Positions 1 through 62,392 of a DNA stretch of 64,000 nucleotides are shown here, in pieces. A program made the translations under genes and the position numbers. Source of the DNA: Eledone cirrhosa (taxonomy: Eukaryota); assembly GCA_964016885.1 (NCBI GenBank), contig OZ024740.1, positions 48,918,001 through 48,982,000 of the forward strand, in the 5' to 3' direction. How positions within the stretch are numbered: position 1 is the first letter of the stretch; each line of letters opens with the position of its first letter. The notes under the pieces are model-generated. The model was not told the origin of the DNA and ran no database searches. It saw nothing but the letters and a program-made list of their open reading frames with translations.

Positions 1-758
1 CAACACCTTATAGTCAGCAGCATTGACCATTAAGCCCTGAGGAAAGAAGATGAGGTATGATATCTCCCTCATTGCTCATGACTTCCAGGACCATCATAGT
101 TGGTGGAAATGTTGTGTGCATGACCTTTTGAATGTTTTTAGGATCTCTGCATAACCATATTGGTTGACCTTTTGGTCTTGATCAAAGTTTTTCTCATCAG
201 AGAAAAAAACTGAAGCATTCCAGGCTCAAGTTGTTTCAATTTGCTCAACAAATGCTTTGCACAGATCAGGCAGTTATCTTTTTGTCTTTGCAGGCATGAA
301 TTGGCCTCTCCACATCACACATGACTTATATTGAAGGTCCTCATTCACAATTCTTCTGATAGTGTGTCTTAAAACTTTGAGCTTCTTAGTAATCATGCTA
401 ATCGTCTTTCTGGGGTTCTTATTGATAATTTTCTACACCTTTCATACACATTTGGGTGTTCTGATGGTATTAGGACCTTTAGTAGGCATTTTACATTTGA
501 TTACTACTGTAGAATCCCCATCAGCGTCTTCCAGCTCTTTGCGAACTTTGACAACAAATGACCGTGCAACTTTCAGGAAGGGAGCATCTCTAAATCACTA
601 TGTTCTGCTCTTCAGGCAAAGATTACAGTGTGTCATTTCATTTGCTGAGTTAGCTTGATGTCCTGATTATTATTTCTTTTCAGATACATGATGATAGTCA
701 AGTTAGAAAAAAGTTAAAGCTATTAAAAGATGTGTCCTCAAAGAATTGAACAGCCTTG
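1..758 (-). mobile_element. Degenerate Tc1/mariner-superfamily DNA transposon (runs off window start)
   Basis: Minus-strand fragments FLKVARSFVVKVRKELE, EPGML..FSDEKNFDQDQKVN, VMHTTFPPTMMVLEVMSNEG; terminus ...cagccttg followed by TA; several frameshifts. Confidence 0.8.
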
Positions 759-787
759 TATCATTAATATTATTATTGTTATTATTA

Positions 788-1007
788 GGGTGGTAGATTG
801 ACAGTATTGGTAGAGCATCAGACAAAATGCTTTGTGGTATATAGTTACAACTTTCTATGTTCCGAGTTCAAATCCCACCAAAGCCGATTTTGCCTTTCAT
901 CCTTCCGGGCTCGATAAAATAAAGCACCAGTAATGTACTGGGGCTGATTTAGTTGACTTTTTCCTTTTCTTCAAATTGCTTGCCTTGTGCCAATAGAAAC
1001 AATTATT
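788..1007 (+). mobile_element. tRNA-derived SINE copy
   Basis: B-box gagttcaaatccc; 3' end agaaacaattatt shared with >10 copies in the window. Confidence 0.75.
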
Positions 1008-2361
1008 TCATTTCAACAAGCCAGGTAATGATAAAAAAAATGTCATCACAAATATAAGTGGTTGAAATGGGGTTCCTCTGAAATGGGGTTCCTTTTATTA
1101 GATAGGGTCCATAGCTTGGACATCAGGCAGTTCCTCCAGGTGGAGCTACTGCTTCTTCACATTAAGTATGTACTACACTATCACAGACATGCCATTAGGT
1201 TGTTTATGAAAAGATTCGGTGGACAGATTTTTATGAGCAAAACCAACTGGTAGGAGACCCAGAGGTAGACCACGAACAACATGGGGGGATAACATTGATG
1301 AACTTAGTCTCGTTTGGGGATCCACCCAGATGATTTGGCGACAGTTGCTTCTCATAGGATCCTCTGGAAGATGTGTGAGGATTCTGTCTGTATGCCCCCC
1401 CCCCCCTCCCAGGAATAAGTGGGCTAACTTGAAGAAGAACAACCAAAATGGGCTGCTCTTATGCCAGTTATTATACTGAGAGAATGAGTCATAGCAATTT
1501 TTTTTACTTATGTTTCAAGAGCCTTCCTCAGGATCTGTGCTGTTCATAATATTGCAGTCTTCTGAAGAATTTCTGTATGGATCTCAGTTCCAAATTTCAT
1601 AATCCATGTTCATATTTTAGTATATTATTATTACAGGTGGTTTGCACAGGGTTATAATTAATGGATCTTCTACTGCCTGTCAAATCTCCACAAGGACAGC
1701 ACTTTCTCTCCATCGTTTGCACATTTTCCTCACCCAGTGCCCATGTTTTGCTACCATGCAACATTGCACTTTGCATAGCATCATAAAATCTGCCCTTCAC
1801 TCAGAGAAAAAATCTATTTGCTTCCAGCAACAGTATTATCTCCTTAAACCTTTTTCATGCTATTCTTACTTTGACTACTATACTTCTGGAATCTTTATTG
1901 ATCTAAAGCTTAACAATAATGACAACCAGTGAGACAAAAAGTATAAGATCTAAAAACAGAGTTTTAGGGAAATAGTTTAAAATCCTTTTTTGTTACCTTT
2001 TCTGTCTACAATGCACTATCCCTTGGTTAATTTAACCTTTTGTTTTTTTTTAGAAAATTTTCAGTAGCATATTATTTCATTGGAGTATGGCTGTAACTAT
2101 CAGGGACTGTAGTTCACTATTTTGTGGTGTTTAGTTATATCTCTTTACATTCTAATTTCAAATCCTGGCGAGATTGATTTCACTTTCTTTTTTCTCTTCA
2201 AGAGTGATAACATTTGTAGCAGTCATGTGTTATGGCATTTGTCCATTTAACTATAACTATTGACTACAAATTGATAGAGTTGTTGTTGCTAGAAATTATT
2301 TTTTCATGGGATTACTTAAAAAGGATATCTAGAACCATTGCTTAGTACATTGGTGCCTGTT

Positions 2362-3162
2362 TCATCATCATCATCATCATCAACGTTTAACGTCCGTGTT
2401 CCACGCTTGCATGGGTTTGGACAGGGGTTTTCCCACTTGAGGCAAGAGTGGTTGTCTTGCTCGCATAGGACTGTCTGGCGGGTTTTCTACAGTTGGATGC
2501 CCTTCCTAACACCAACCACATTTACAGTGTGGGGCTGGGAGGTTTTTACCGTGTTGCCTACACGGCCACATTACAGCGTGGACTGTCTGGCGGGTTTTCT
2601 ACAGCTGGATGCCCTTCCTAACACCAACCACATTTACAGTGTGGGGCTGGGAGGTTTTTACCGTGTTACCTACACGGCCACATTTACAGCGTGGACTGTG
2701 TGTTTTTTGTCGTGACACCTACACAATCTCATTTGTTTCGGCCTGGATGTTGTGGCACCAACATAACTTTACATTGAAAGGGGCGGTGTGGATGGGGTGG
2801 GGGTGGTGAGATGGGGGCGTGTTTTGATAGAGATGCCTACTGATTGTAGTAGGTTTTACTTTGTATTTAGGTAAGGCGGGTCTTCTCTATTACTGAGTAC
2901 CGCCAAAGGTCTTGGTCCAGTGACATTGTCTTGGTGAGGTGTAAGCGTGTGAGGTCGGAATTTATCATGTCGTCCCAGGTTTTTCTGGGTCTGCCTACTC
3001 CGTGGCTACCATCTATCTTTATTGCCCTGCACTTTGTTATACAGCCGTCGTCTTTCATGCACATCACGTGACCATACCAACGTAGCCTTCTCTCGAGTAA
3101 ACAACATCTGATCCCTCTTATTTCTAATTTTTTCCTTAGTTCGTTTATGCTTAGCCGTTCAC
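2362..3162 (-). mobile_element. 5'-truncated RTE LINE (young subfamily), (GAT)n tail
   Basis: ORF end RRLRWYGHV...GRPRKTW; highly similar to 15164-15990 and 57612-58447; internal 3'UTR duplication. Confidence 0.9.
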
Positions 3163-4101
3163 TCTTAACCCAAAAGAAGTACGTTTTTAGTACATAAATA
3201 TGCTAGAGTGGTATCTATTCTATGAAGAATTGATGCTATTATTTGAAGGAAACTTTATTGACCTGGAAGGTTAAAAGGCAAATTTGATGTTGGCAGGATA
3301 TTAACTGGATGTAGAAACCAAGAATAGATACTGCAAGGCATTATCTGATGCTCTTGGGACTCACCACCCTAGGAAGTACTGAAATAGAGTGCATGAGTCT
3401 TACATCTTCCATTATTGACCCAATGAAGAAACCTCTTTATGGTTGCATTACTTGCTAGAAATATCAGTCATGCCTTTATCATACCACACCGCACCTTGAA
3501 AGAGGAAGAATACAATGTATGTTATAGTCCTAGATACACTATCCCTGAAAAATAAGATGGGATGGTTACCACGGAAAAGCCTTTGATCATAAGTCTGCTA
3601 AATCAATGCTGACCTTCGATTATTGCTATTGTTAAATATTTGCTATGTAAAAGATGTACATCTCCTCTTGAACAAGTTATAATTTTCCATTATTTGAACA
3701 TCATTTTCACAAAACAGTACTGTATATCAAATTTTGTTTTCCAATGCCTTCATAATATGATTCTTAATTCTTTTTTCTTTTTCATCATTATCTTTCAACC
3801 CATTTCACTAGTTTTACAGCTTTATAATTTTAACTTTCCTCTCTAACTAACTAATCATGTATTCTCCTAAAAGCTTGACTTATTTGCTTTAAAATTTCCC
3901 TAAATTTTTTATGATTTCATTTATTACTGTATTTTTCTGACTATAATATTTTACTTTTTACCGTATACAATAATTTAAAATATTTTGCTTATATGTTCCA
4001 CCCATAAACACATTTAAATTATTTAAATATTATCTTCAGTTTGTTTTCACTATACATTTATTTGCTTTATATGATTAAAACACATTATTTAGCTAGACAA
4101 A

Positions 4102-4283
4102 GGGCGGTGAATTGGCAGTATTGGTAGAGGGTCAGACATTCTTTCCAGCGTAGTTACGTCCCTTTACGATCTGAGTTCAAATCCCGCCGAGGTTGACTTT
4201 GCCTTTCATCTTTACGGGGTCAATAAAATAAAGTGCCAGTAATGTACTGGGTAATTGCTGGCCTTGCGCCAAAAGTAGAAACA
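4102..4283 (+). mobile_element. tRNA-derived SINE with 18-bp TSD
   Basis: attatttagctagacaaa at 4084-4101 and 4284-4301; A-box tggcagtattggtag; B-box gagttcaaatccc. Confidence 0.9.
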
Positions 4284-4644
4284 ATTATTTAGCTAGACAA
4301 ATGACATAAATTAGAAGATGCCACTAGTTAGCTGAATTCTCAGTGAAAAGCACTTCACTGTTGACACAAATATTTTAATTCTCTATTCACCATCCTATAA
4401 AAAGCTAATATATACATGAAACAATTACAAATTAGCCATCTCTGTGCTCTTTTTATTAATTTCTGTAATTTCCCAGTATTAATTAGATGTTTCATCTCAG
4501 CATGAGTCAAATTATTCTGCAAATTCAGATTTTTGCATGTATTTTTGGTAACAAATGCATGTAATGCTCATCTGTATGCTCTTTTGAAATCACATGTCCT
4601 CATTGATGCATTGGTGTAATGGCTACTATATTATAGTGTCTTTA

Positions 4645-6516
4645 CCGGTCCTTCCGTCCAGCGTCCGACAACGCTGTAGGACGGCCACGGTTTGCCTCTC
4701 CACGTTCCGAGCTGCAAACCGACAGACTTGTCCGGGTTCAGTTTTGCTCCTGTGAGTCTTTCGTATTCCTGTAGTAAGTTGCCGATTGCCTCGATTTCCA
4801 AGATTTCCGACACCATTAATGGATCTAGAGTACGTACTCTAGAGCCACTACTGCGGAAGTTGGAGCTTCTGCAGAGCATCCCGTTGGAACCGGGACTGCG
4901 GAAAGCGGCGTCGACTTATGCCGACGACGTGACATTAATGGTGTCGGAAATCTTGGAAATCGGGGCAATCGGCAACTTACTACAGGAACACGAAAGACTC
5001 ACAGGAGCAAAACTGAACCCGGACAAGTCTGTCGGTTTGCAGCTCGGAACGTGGAGAGGCAAACCGATGCCTTCCAACAGCGTTGTCGGACGCTGGACGG
5101 AAGGACCGGTGAAATTGCTCGGGGTCTGGTTCGGTCCAGACTTCTAGGTGGAGAAAAACTGGAACGAGGTCACGGCCAAGGTATTTGCGCTCACCCAGAA
5201 GTGGGCAGAGTGCAAACTATCCTTGAAAGGTCGAGCGGAGATGGCAAACACTTTCATAGCGTCTGTCATCTACTACTGCTTGACCGTCGTGCCTTGTCCC
5301 TATGAATACCTCACCAAGATGGAACGTATGCTCTTCCAGTTCCTTTGGAAGAAGCAGGCTCCACTGCTGTCAGCACCCTTCCAAAGGAGGGCTGGGAATG
5401 CCGTGGCTGATGATGCGCAAACACTCGCTGAGGCTACGGCATCTTCAGGTATTCCTCACCAACCAACCGGTGTGGACCCCGTTTGTGAGACAGGCCTTCC
5501 CGCAACTTATCTCGCTGACGGAACTGCAGTCCTGGGTCAAGCAGAGACCAAAGAAAATGGGCACCTGGAATATTGAATCCACTCAGGCGCTCACAGCCTT
5601 CTTTCAAGCAGGCACAGCAATCAGTGGAGACTCCACTTCGACATTCTATAGAGGGTTAGTACATGACAAGGGCGACGACGAGCTCGGAGAGACTCTGGGC
5701 GTCGAAGACGACGAGCTCACCAGTCTGTTTGGTAGGACTTTCCGCCTGGGACCCATGGACAACTTCCAGAGGTCCCTAGCCTGGCAGTGCTACTGAGGAG
5801 CTCTACCAGTTCGAGACAAGATCTACAGGCACGGACGCCCCGGCAGGGATCCTTCCAAGAGGACGTGTCCAAGATGCGAGCAGGACATTGAAACCATCTT
5901 GTGCGCAATTGTACACTTCCCAGGCGTAAGCGACCTGTGGAACTATGCAGAACATCTGCTGTCACGTATGGAACAAATCCAGTTGACTGCCGAGTCCATA
6001 GTAAGGATCAAACCGCCAACTTCTTTCAAAATGAAATAAGAGGTGGTTTTCCTCTGTATAGTGGCTATGGTGAAAGAGATTATATGGTGGACAAGATTGA
6101 GAGGACTGAGGACAGATGCCTTTCTCTCCGGACAACTCATTCCCTTCTTTAGGTATCACTTTAGAATGAGAATCAGAGTGGAGAGAGAGGCACTGTACCC
6201 CAGTAAATTTACTGAAATGTGGGTGAATGTAGCAAAAATGGCCCGAGTGATTGGGCCTTCTCTGTATATAAATCTGTAGGTTGAAGATGAGAACAAAAGG
6301 AGGAAAAGAGCACTTGCATAACATGCTCCTGAAGTTGAGGGTTGTTCTATCGATGGGGTATTAAACAACCCATTTGTAACGCCTCCCCCCTATTGGGGAT
6401 TTCGATTGTTGAATTTGTTTGTTTCAATATTTTTAAACGACTGTATGTAAAATCCCCGGCATATGTCCTTGTATTGTCCCCTTTTCTTGTGCGCCCGTGT
6501 GGCAAATAAAGAAATA
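4645..6516 (+). mobile_element. 5'-truncated L1/Tx1-clade LINE with inverted 5' end
   Basis: RT ASTYADDV, GGLGMP, Cys-rich C-terminus; AATAAA at 6505; 18-bp TSD tatattatagtgtcttta at 4627-4644 and 6517-6534; stops and frameshifts. Confidence 0.9.
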
Positions 6517-7726
6517 TATATTATAGTGTCTTTAAAATGATCTGAATGTATTGGACACAGTATTACCTCTCTCAGCATTTCATAATGAATCAACTGGAAA
6601 CATAACATTGGGTATAAATTGCAGACAAGATACCATTAGAAAGCTTTAATTTCAATACCTGCTGATATGAAGTCATTAATGTGAAAAGTGAATTTTGTAC
6701 AGGTCAATAAACCAAGACATTAATAAAAAAAAACTTGTGTCAGTTCCACCAGGTTGACACATTTAATTCTCTTTAAAAAGTATTCTTTTATATAAAAACG
6801 TTCTACTTTCATCACCATATTTCTAATGAAATACGCTTCCTAAAATGTTCAATTAATTTGAAAATAATCAAGAATTTGCAGGGATTTAGTAATATAACTA
6901 ACTCTTTCGTTATTAAGCTGGCATTGAAATCATAACTTAATGAAATCTTCTTACATAAAATTCTGATGAAAGGTTAAGACTGAAATATGAAGACTTTCAA
7001 TAGATGGCATTGTATGATAGAACCAGGGACAATTTCAAACAGTTTTTTGTGAGAAGGGTTAACATGTAAACATGTATCCCCCATTCAGTCTTAGGTTAAT
7101 TTAATCTTTAAATAACCTAATCTGTTCTTATTTTAAACAATACAAACTGATAGTGTTTTTTGATGACCATTGTATTACATTTAATCCTCAAAATGTTTTT
7201 TCAGATTAGCAAGGTTTGTTGTAAACTTTTTTTTTTTAAATTTTAAAAGTAAAGTTATTATTTTAAATTGAAAGTAGTTTCTCTCCCTTTCTTTCCCTAT
7301 GTCCCTTTCTCCCTCCCTTCTTCATTTTCTCTCGCCCTCTCTCTCTTGCTTTATAAGTAGACATTTAGAAATATTCAAATATATTTTGTTGTGTATCAAC
7401 TGCTAAAGAGTAGATGGTTCAATTCTTGTTTAGGGCTGAGATTTTGTCAACATTTTTTCAAGTTTGACTTTGAAATGACAGCTATAATAGTTCTCATGAT
7501 AATTTATTTTATTTTTTAAATATTTTCTTTAATTTTCTTATACATCATACAAAAAAATGAACAAAACTGACAATGTTATTAATTAAAATAGAAAACTAGT
7601 AGATATATTATACTTTCCTTGAAACTGTTGTTGGCTTATAGTGATATGTTTGTATGAAGTAGACTTACGAAGGGGTTATTGCTTGATGTGTAGAAAAGGA
7701 GTAAGAATTCTGTACGGTGTATCAAA

Positions 7727-8800
7727 TCATCATCATCATCATCATCACCGTTTAATGTCTATCTTCCATGCTAGCATGGGTTTAGACAGGAATTGTCCTA
7801 CTTGAGGCAAGATTGGTCGGGTGACCATGTCTCAGTCGTATAGGACTGTCTGGCAGGTTTTCTACGGCTGGATGCCCTTCCTAACACCAACCACATTTAC
7901 AGTGTGGACTGGGAGGTTTTTACCGTGTTACCTACACGGCCACATTACAGCATGGACTGTGTGTTTTTTGTTGTGACACCTACACGACCTCATTTATTTT
8001 GGAGTGGATGTTGTGGTACCAACATAACTTTACAGAGAAAGGGTGGTGTTGGTGTAGTGGGTGGAGTAGGGGTAGTGGGATGGGGGTTAAGAGGTGCCTA
8101 CTGACTGTAGGTTTCGCTTTGTACTTAGGCAAGGCGGGTCTTCTGTATTACTGCGTAGCGCCAAAGATCTCAGTCCAGTGACATTGTTTTAGAGAGGTGT
8201 AAGTGTGTAAGGTCGGAATTTATCAAATCGTCCCAGGTTTTTCTGGGTCTACCTACTCCGTAACTTCCATCAATTTTGATCGCCCTGCACTTTTTTATAC
8301 AGCTGTCGTCTTTCATGCGCATCACGTGGCCATACCAACGTAGTCTTCTTTCGAGTAACAGCATCTGATCCCTCTTATTCCTAATTTCTAACTTAGTTCA
8401 TTTATGTTATGCCGTTCACGTATATTACTATTATACATCCAACGGAGCATGCAAGCTTCGTTCCTCTCCAGTGTGCGCAGATCCTCTGCACACAAAGCCC
8501 ATGTCTCACTGCCATGTAACATTGCTGTTCATATGCAGGCATCATACAATCTGCCTTTCATTTTTAGAGAGAAACCTTTAGTGGCCAATAGAGGTATAAG
8601 CTCTCTGAACTTTTTCCATCCCGTTCTGACTCTGGTTACTGTACTTTCAGAGCACTCTTCACCACTGCTGATTTTGACACCCAGGTAACGGAAGGTGTCC
8701 ACTATTTCTAAAGAACCATCTGGGCAATAGAAGGAGCTAGTATCCTGTGGGCACTTGCTACTTATTGCACCTGAGCATCGGCCTCATATAAAATCTAAAC
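7727..8800 (-). mobile_element. 5'-truncated RTE LINE
   Basis: (CAT)n tail; homologous to the 3' part of the element at 15164-19319. Confidence 0.9.
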
Positions 8801-9289
8801 TATTATTCATTCTTTAATTTGATAACCTCAGTTTAGACAGACCCCACAACTTCTTCCCATAACTCATTATCTTGTAATACTACACCAAGGTTTTATACTT
8901 CGTGCATTAGTTCCTCCAAAATGACCATGTCCTGAAGTAGGACTTGATGTAGCAAACATTAAAGGTTTACTATTATGCATGGTATCATTTGAACCCTGGT
9001 GCAATTAATTATGAAGTCCTCCTTTTTCAAAAATAACTAATAAAAAGTCATTTATAATTGTGTCATATGTATGGTATAAGGTTCACCACCAATGAGTTTT
9101 AATTGAGACACCATTGCTAGGTGATTGCTAGCCAACTTGGTATTTCAATGATTTTCACTAGGAATCTGCAACCCTAGACAAAGGCTCATACCAAGTAATG
9201 TCAGATGGAGCCAGCTGTGTCTGGGACTCATCTCAGGAAGAGTCATCATGTCTTGTGCCAAGAACTGAGATCTCTACTCACTACCAACC

Positions 9290-10050
9290 AACTATTGGTG
9301 TACAAGAGCTTTAATGGAATAACAAGCAGGATGAAAGAGAAGGCAGACTTTTTATGTAGTAAATGCACAGAAATAGTTGGCAATAAGAGCACCCCCGGAA
9401 TCAATTCTTTCAAATGCCCAGAAAGCTTCTTTGAAGTTGATAGTTCCTTTTATGTAGATGACCTAATTACTAGTGAAGATAGATGTTCTGAAAGCATAGC
9501 AGTCAGAGTAAGAATGAGGTAGTAAAAGTTCAATGGATCATAACCTCTACTGGAAACAAAGGATTCTCACTCTAAGGGAAGATTTTATGATTCTTATGTA
9601 TGAAGTGTGATGTTCTATGCTAGTGAAACATGGGCATTGAATACAGAGGGTGTGCAAAGGATGCAAAGGATGGAAAGAAATGAGGTTAGCATGCTATAGT
9701 GGATGTGTAATCTTAGTTTCCATGAACGACAGAGCAGAAAACAGCTAAGAAAAAGAATATTGGGCTATAAAGGAATCTGATGTAACATGCAACTGAGCTG
9801 ACTATGTTTGTACAGATATGTGATGCATATGGAGAATGACAGTTGGGTGAAGAAGTTCCAAGCAATCAAAGTGAAAGAATCCTGCAGAAGGCCAAGGGAT
9901 ATATACGAAGAAGTGGTGAAGGCAGATCTTAGGAAGCTGAACATCACAAAAAGAGATAAAAACTACAACAAATAGCAGAATATTGTACTGTAGCAGGCCC
10001 ATCCAACCAATGCAACCATGGGAAAAGTCAACACGAAATGATGATGATGA
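9290..10050 (+). mobile_element. Old degenerate RTE LINE 3' fragment
   Basis: Decayed FLCSKC...CSESIAVRVR, KGRFYD, SETWAL; gatgatgat tail. Confidence 0.7.
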
Positions 10051-10760
10051 GAATGTCACTATATCACTATATATAAAGGCTTGACAGTGACATAAAATTT
10101 TACTTGTTCCAAGGTTTGAACTGTTTGAACCAGCCTTGAGGCAAGAAAATCTTGAAGTCACAGTCAAGTTCTCTCATAATAAATTTAACTTTACTTCCAC
10201 TATTGATTCTTTTCATCAGTAACAACCATAACATATATATATATATATGCATGTGTTACATACACACACTCACCCCAATATATATATATATTTATAATTA
10301 TTTCTACTTTTGGCACAAGATAATGAAAGAAAAAGTACTCAATATATATTGTAGAGTACAGTTATTTCATTTACATGGCAGGTGCATTATAGGCCACTAC
10401 TTGGAGTTTCTCATTATACACATTACCTTAGCCTGATAAAAAATGTATAGTGTGAAACTTGTAGTAGTGATGTATAAGGCACAAGATGTAAATGTGGTTG
10501 GCATTTGGAAGGGCATCCAGCTATAGAAACGAAGCGAGAAACAGTTCTGTATGAGCAAGACACAGTCATCTGACCTGACTCAATGGGACAACTCGTCTAG
10601 CCCATGCTAGTGTGGAACAACAGATGTTAAGCAGTGATGATGATATATTATAAGTATGTGTATGTTTACATGTTAGTGTATATATGTTAAGGTGTAAAAA
10701 TACATCTTCACATGTATATAATCTTTCAGTCTCAGTATATTGAAAATCCATTTATTTCAG

Positions 10761-59630
<48,870 letters not shown>

Positions 59631-61925
59631 AATCATATAAAAAGATCAAATAAAATGATTATATAAACCAGTGTAAAAAGTACTTTAAAAACAACAAAGA
59701 CACTAAGAGTACTGCAACAGAACTCAGGACTATTTTAAAAATTATCAACATGTAAAATTAAGCTTTCTATATTTTATTTTTTATCTAAAATATTTTTACA
59801 TGAAAAATGATTTTAAAAAAAGCATAGTGTATTAGAAAGTTTTTTAAATGTTATATATAAATTTGTCATTGATTATATATTTCCCTTGGTTTAAAAAAAT
59901 CGAAATTATATTTATATGGAATCATCTATATTAAATAAATTAATCTATATTTAATAAACTATGAGGAAATGAATGTATTAACTTTTGTATTAACCCTTTT
60001 GATAACAACCCAGTCAAAATTGGCTCTGGTTCTATGAAGCAGAATTGCTCATTTAAAAGGTTCCTATTGAAATTAAATTCTTCCAATATAATTTTATATA
60101 AGAGCCTTATGTTAAGCTACTATCTTAGTAATCATTTTCGTAAATTGCTCATTATTTAATTGAAATAGAGTGATTCCCTACAAGTATCTGAAGAAATCAT
60201 AATCCACAAAAGTTGGTAAGAAAATCATATTTTTTCTAGATTTTAGGTTTGGTTCACTTTTTTTTAGATCATATGCTTTAGGAATTTGTATTTTTTGGCT
60301 ACAATTGTTTTTTTTTTAAACATCTTGTGTTTAAATATAAACACAATTTATATAAATATGAACAAATCAACCAAAATTAACCAGAGAAATTTTTTTTATT
60401 GAAACCATATCTATTTTAATTATTCATTTTTATACCTAAAATTTAGATTTTATCCCTTCTCTATTAACTTCATGTTTTAACTTTTCTTTCACACTCTCAT
60501 TACTTTCTGTCTCTGGCCTCAGTTTAAATGAAATACATATACATACCACAAAACATCCAGTCCACACTATAAATTGATTGTGTAGGTGTCATGACAAAAA
60601 GCACCCAGTCCACATTGTAAAGCGGTTGGCGTTAGGAAGGGCAGCATCCGGCCGTAGAAAATCAGCCTGAAACAGTTCTGTATGAGCGAGGCAATGTCAC
60701 CCAACCAAAGTTGCCTCAAATGGGACAAACCCCTCTAGTCCATGCTAGCGTGGAATACAGATGTTAAATTATGATGATGAGGAGGAATATGTGACCAAAA
60801 AATTGATGGTAGAATGGGGATCAGCTTATATTCGGGGTCCATATTTTGATGATTTTTACCAACTTCAAATTCTACGTAAATAAGGTGCTAAAATATCTGG
60901 AGTGATTATTTCACAATGAAACACTTTTTCTACATTTCCTATATCATCAAGGTTTATTATTTTAACTTTTTAATACATAAATACCCCCCCCTCCCTTTTT
61001 TTTTATAACTATTATATATAGGTTTATCCACATATAATATACACAAAGCATATACATAAATTTACAGTAGAGTAACATAGTAAATATGTTTTAAATATAT
61101 ACATAAATAACATTACAAATGCTTAGATAACATTATAAATTGCTCGTGATTCTTTCAGAAAGATATATTCTTTTAATGTTGCAATATTAAAGAAAATATA
61201 AAGGAAGAGATGAACAACGGAGCCAACACCAGAGCAAAAGACAGCAATGTCGCGAGTACTGGCAACCACTCTAATGATTTTTGAGGCAAGCCAGCACACT
61301 CGCAGCGTTACCTCGGGTGATGGCCAGGCTGACGCACACATGTTCATAAACACATGTGCACTGACTGTTTTTCTCTGAGACTTACATAATTATACTTTTT
61401 CTTTCGATATTTTTGTTTTATTTTACTCACTTACTGTCTCCTCTCTTGGTGTCTCTTTCTCCCCCTTCTAAAGTCATTATGTAGTGGATTTGTGAAACAA
61501 AAACTATACTTTAAACGACACTTAAAACATTTTAAATATCAAAATATTAAAACTTTGTAAATATTTTCTCCACTTATGAGAATTTCAAAACAGCGCCATA
61601 ATGTATTGATAAACTTCATTAGCTTATAAACTAAGTTTGAATTTTTGTCCATTTCTCAGGCATAAAATAGGGGTCTGCTTATATTTGAGTATATACGGTA
61701 AAGATCATAAGTTGAATACAGCAATGGTTATGAACAAGGTGTCTGTGTGGAGATAGATGAATGATGTGAAATATTAAGACAGAATAAGCTGTGTGAGTGG
61801 TGATGATGTATTGATAACTGTGTAAAAAACGTGTGTGAGAGAGAGATAGAGATAGGCTAACTACACAGGTGAAGAGATAAGTCTCATTTGCATACAAAGC
61901 TGTATAAGTTGGCTTAACTTGAATT

Positions 61926-62355
61926 AGAATTTAGCTTCGACATAGCTGTATATATATATATATATATATGTATGTGAATTTCGTACATCTAAAGATATAT
62001 TGTATGTTTAATAAATAAATATTTTGAAAGCCTCAGCTATAAATAAAAGGCTGATGGCCACTGCTGTCTAGCGGAATCAGCCCATTTACACATGAAAAAT
62101 CTGTATATTTTCGCCTGTCTCAAATTCTAGCAGTAGGCAGAGGGAAGCATTATCCTGATGAGAACCATTTAAGTTTGAAATGCATATACAATTATTCCCC
62201 TTGCTTCTGCTGGATTCCACTAGATGAAGCTGGCCGTCAGCCTTCTATTCATAGCTGAGGCTTTCAAAATGTTTGTTTATTAAACATACCGTATATCTTT
62301 AGATGTACGAAATTCACATACATGTATGTATACAGCTATAATGAAGCTAAATTCT
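61926..62355. mobile_element. Inverted-repeat Penelope-like element with central hammerhead remnant
   Basis: ~150-bp arms 61926-62081 / 62208-62355; CTGATGA-gaac..gttt-GAAA-tgcata at 62155-62186. Confidence 0.7.
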
Positions 62356-62361
62356 TATTAA

Positions 62362-62377
<16 letters not shown>

Positions 62378-62392
<15 letters not shown>

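Noticed and set aside
4102-4200. tRNA genes at the A/B-box motifs
   Set aside because: Boxes belong to a multi-copy SINE with TSDs; no cloverleaf evident
761-10760. Further upstream ABCC4 exons
   Set aside because: No splice-bounded segment with the expected motifs (e.g. D.R...MNE, IKMYAWE) was found by eye; a short exon could have been missed
60787-61700. pogo/Tc2-like DNA transposon
   Set aside because: Only one plausible TIR (cttatatttgagtatatacgg + ta) was seen; boundaries could not be supported
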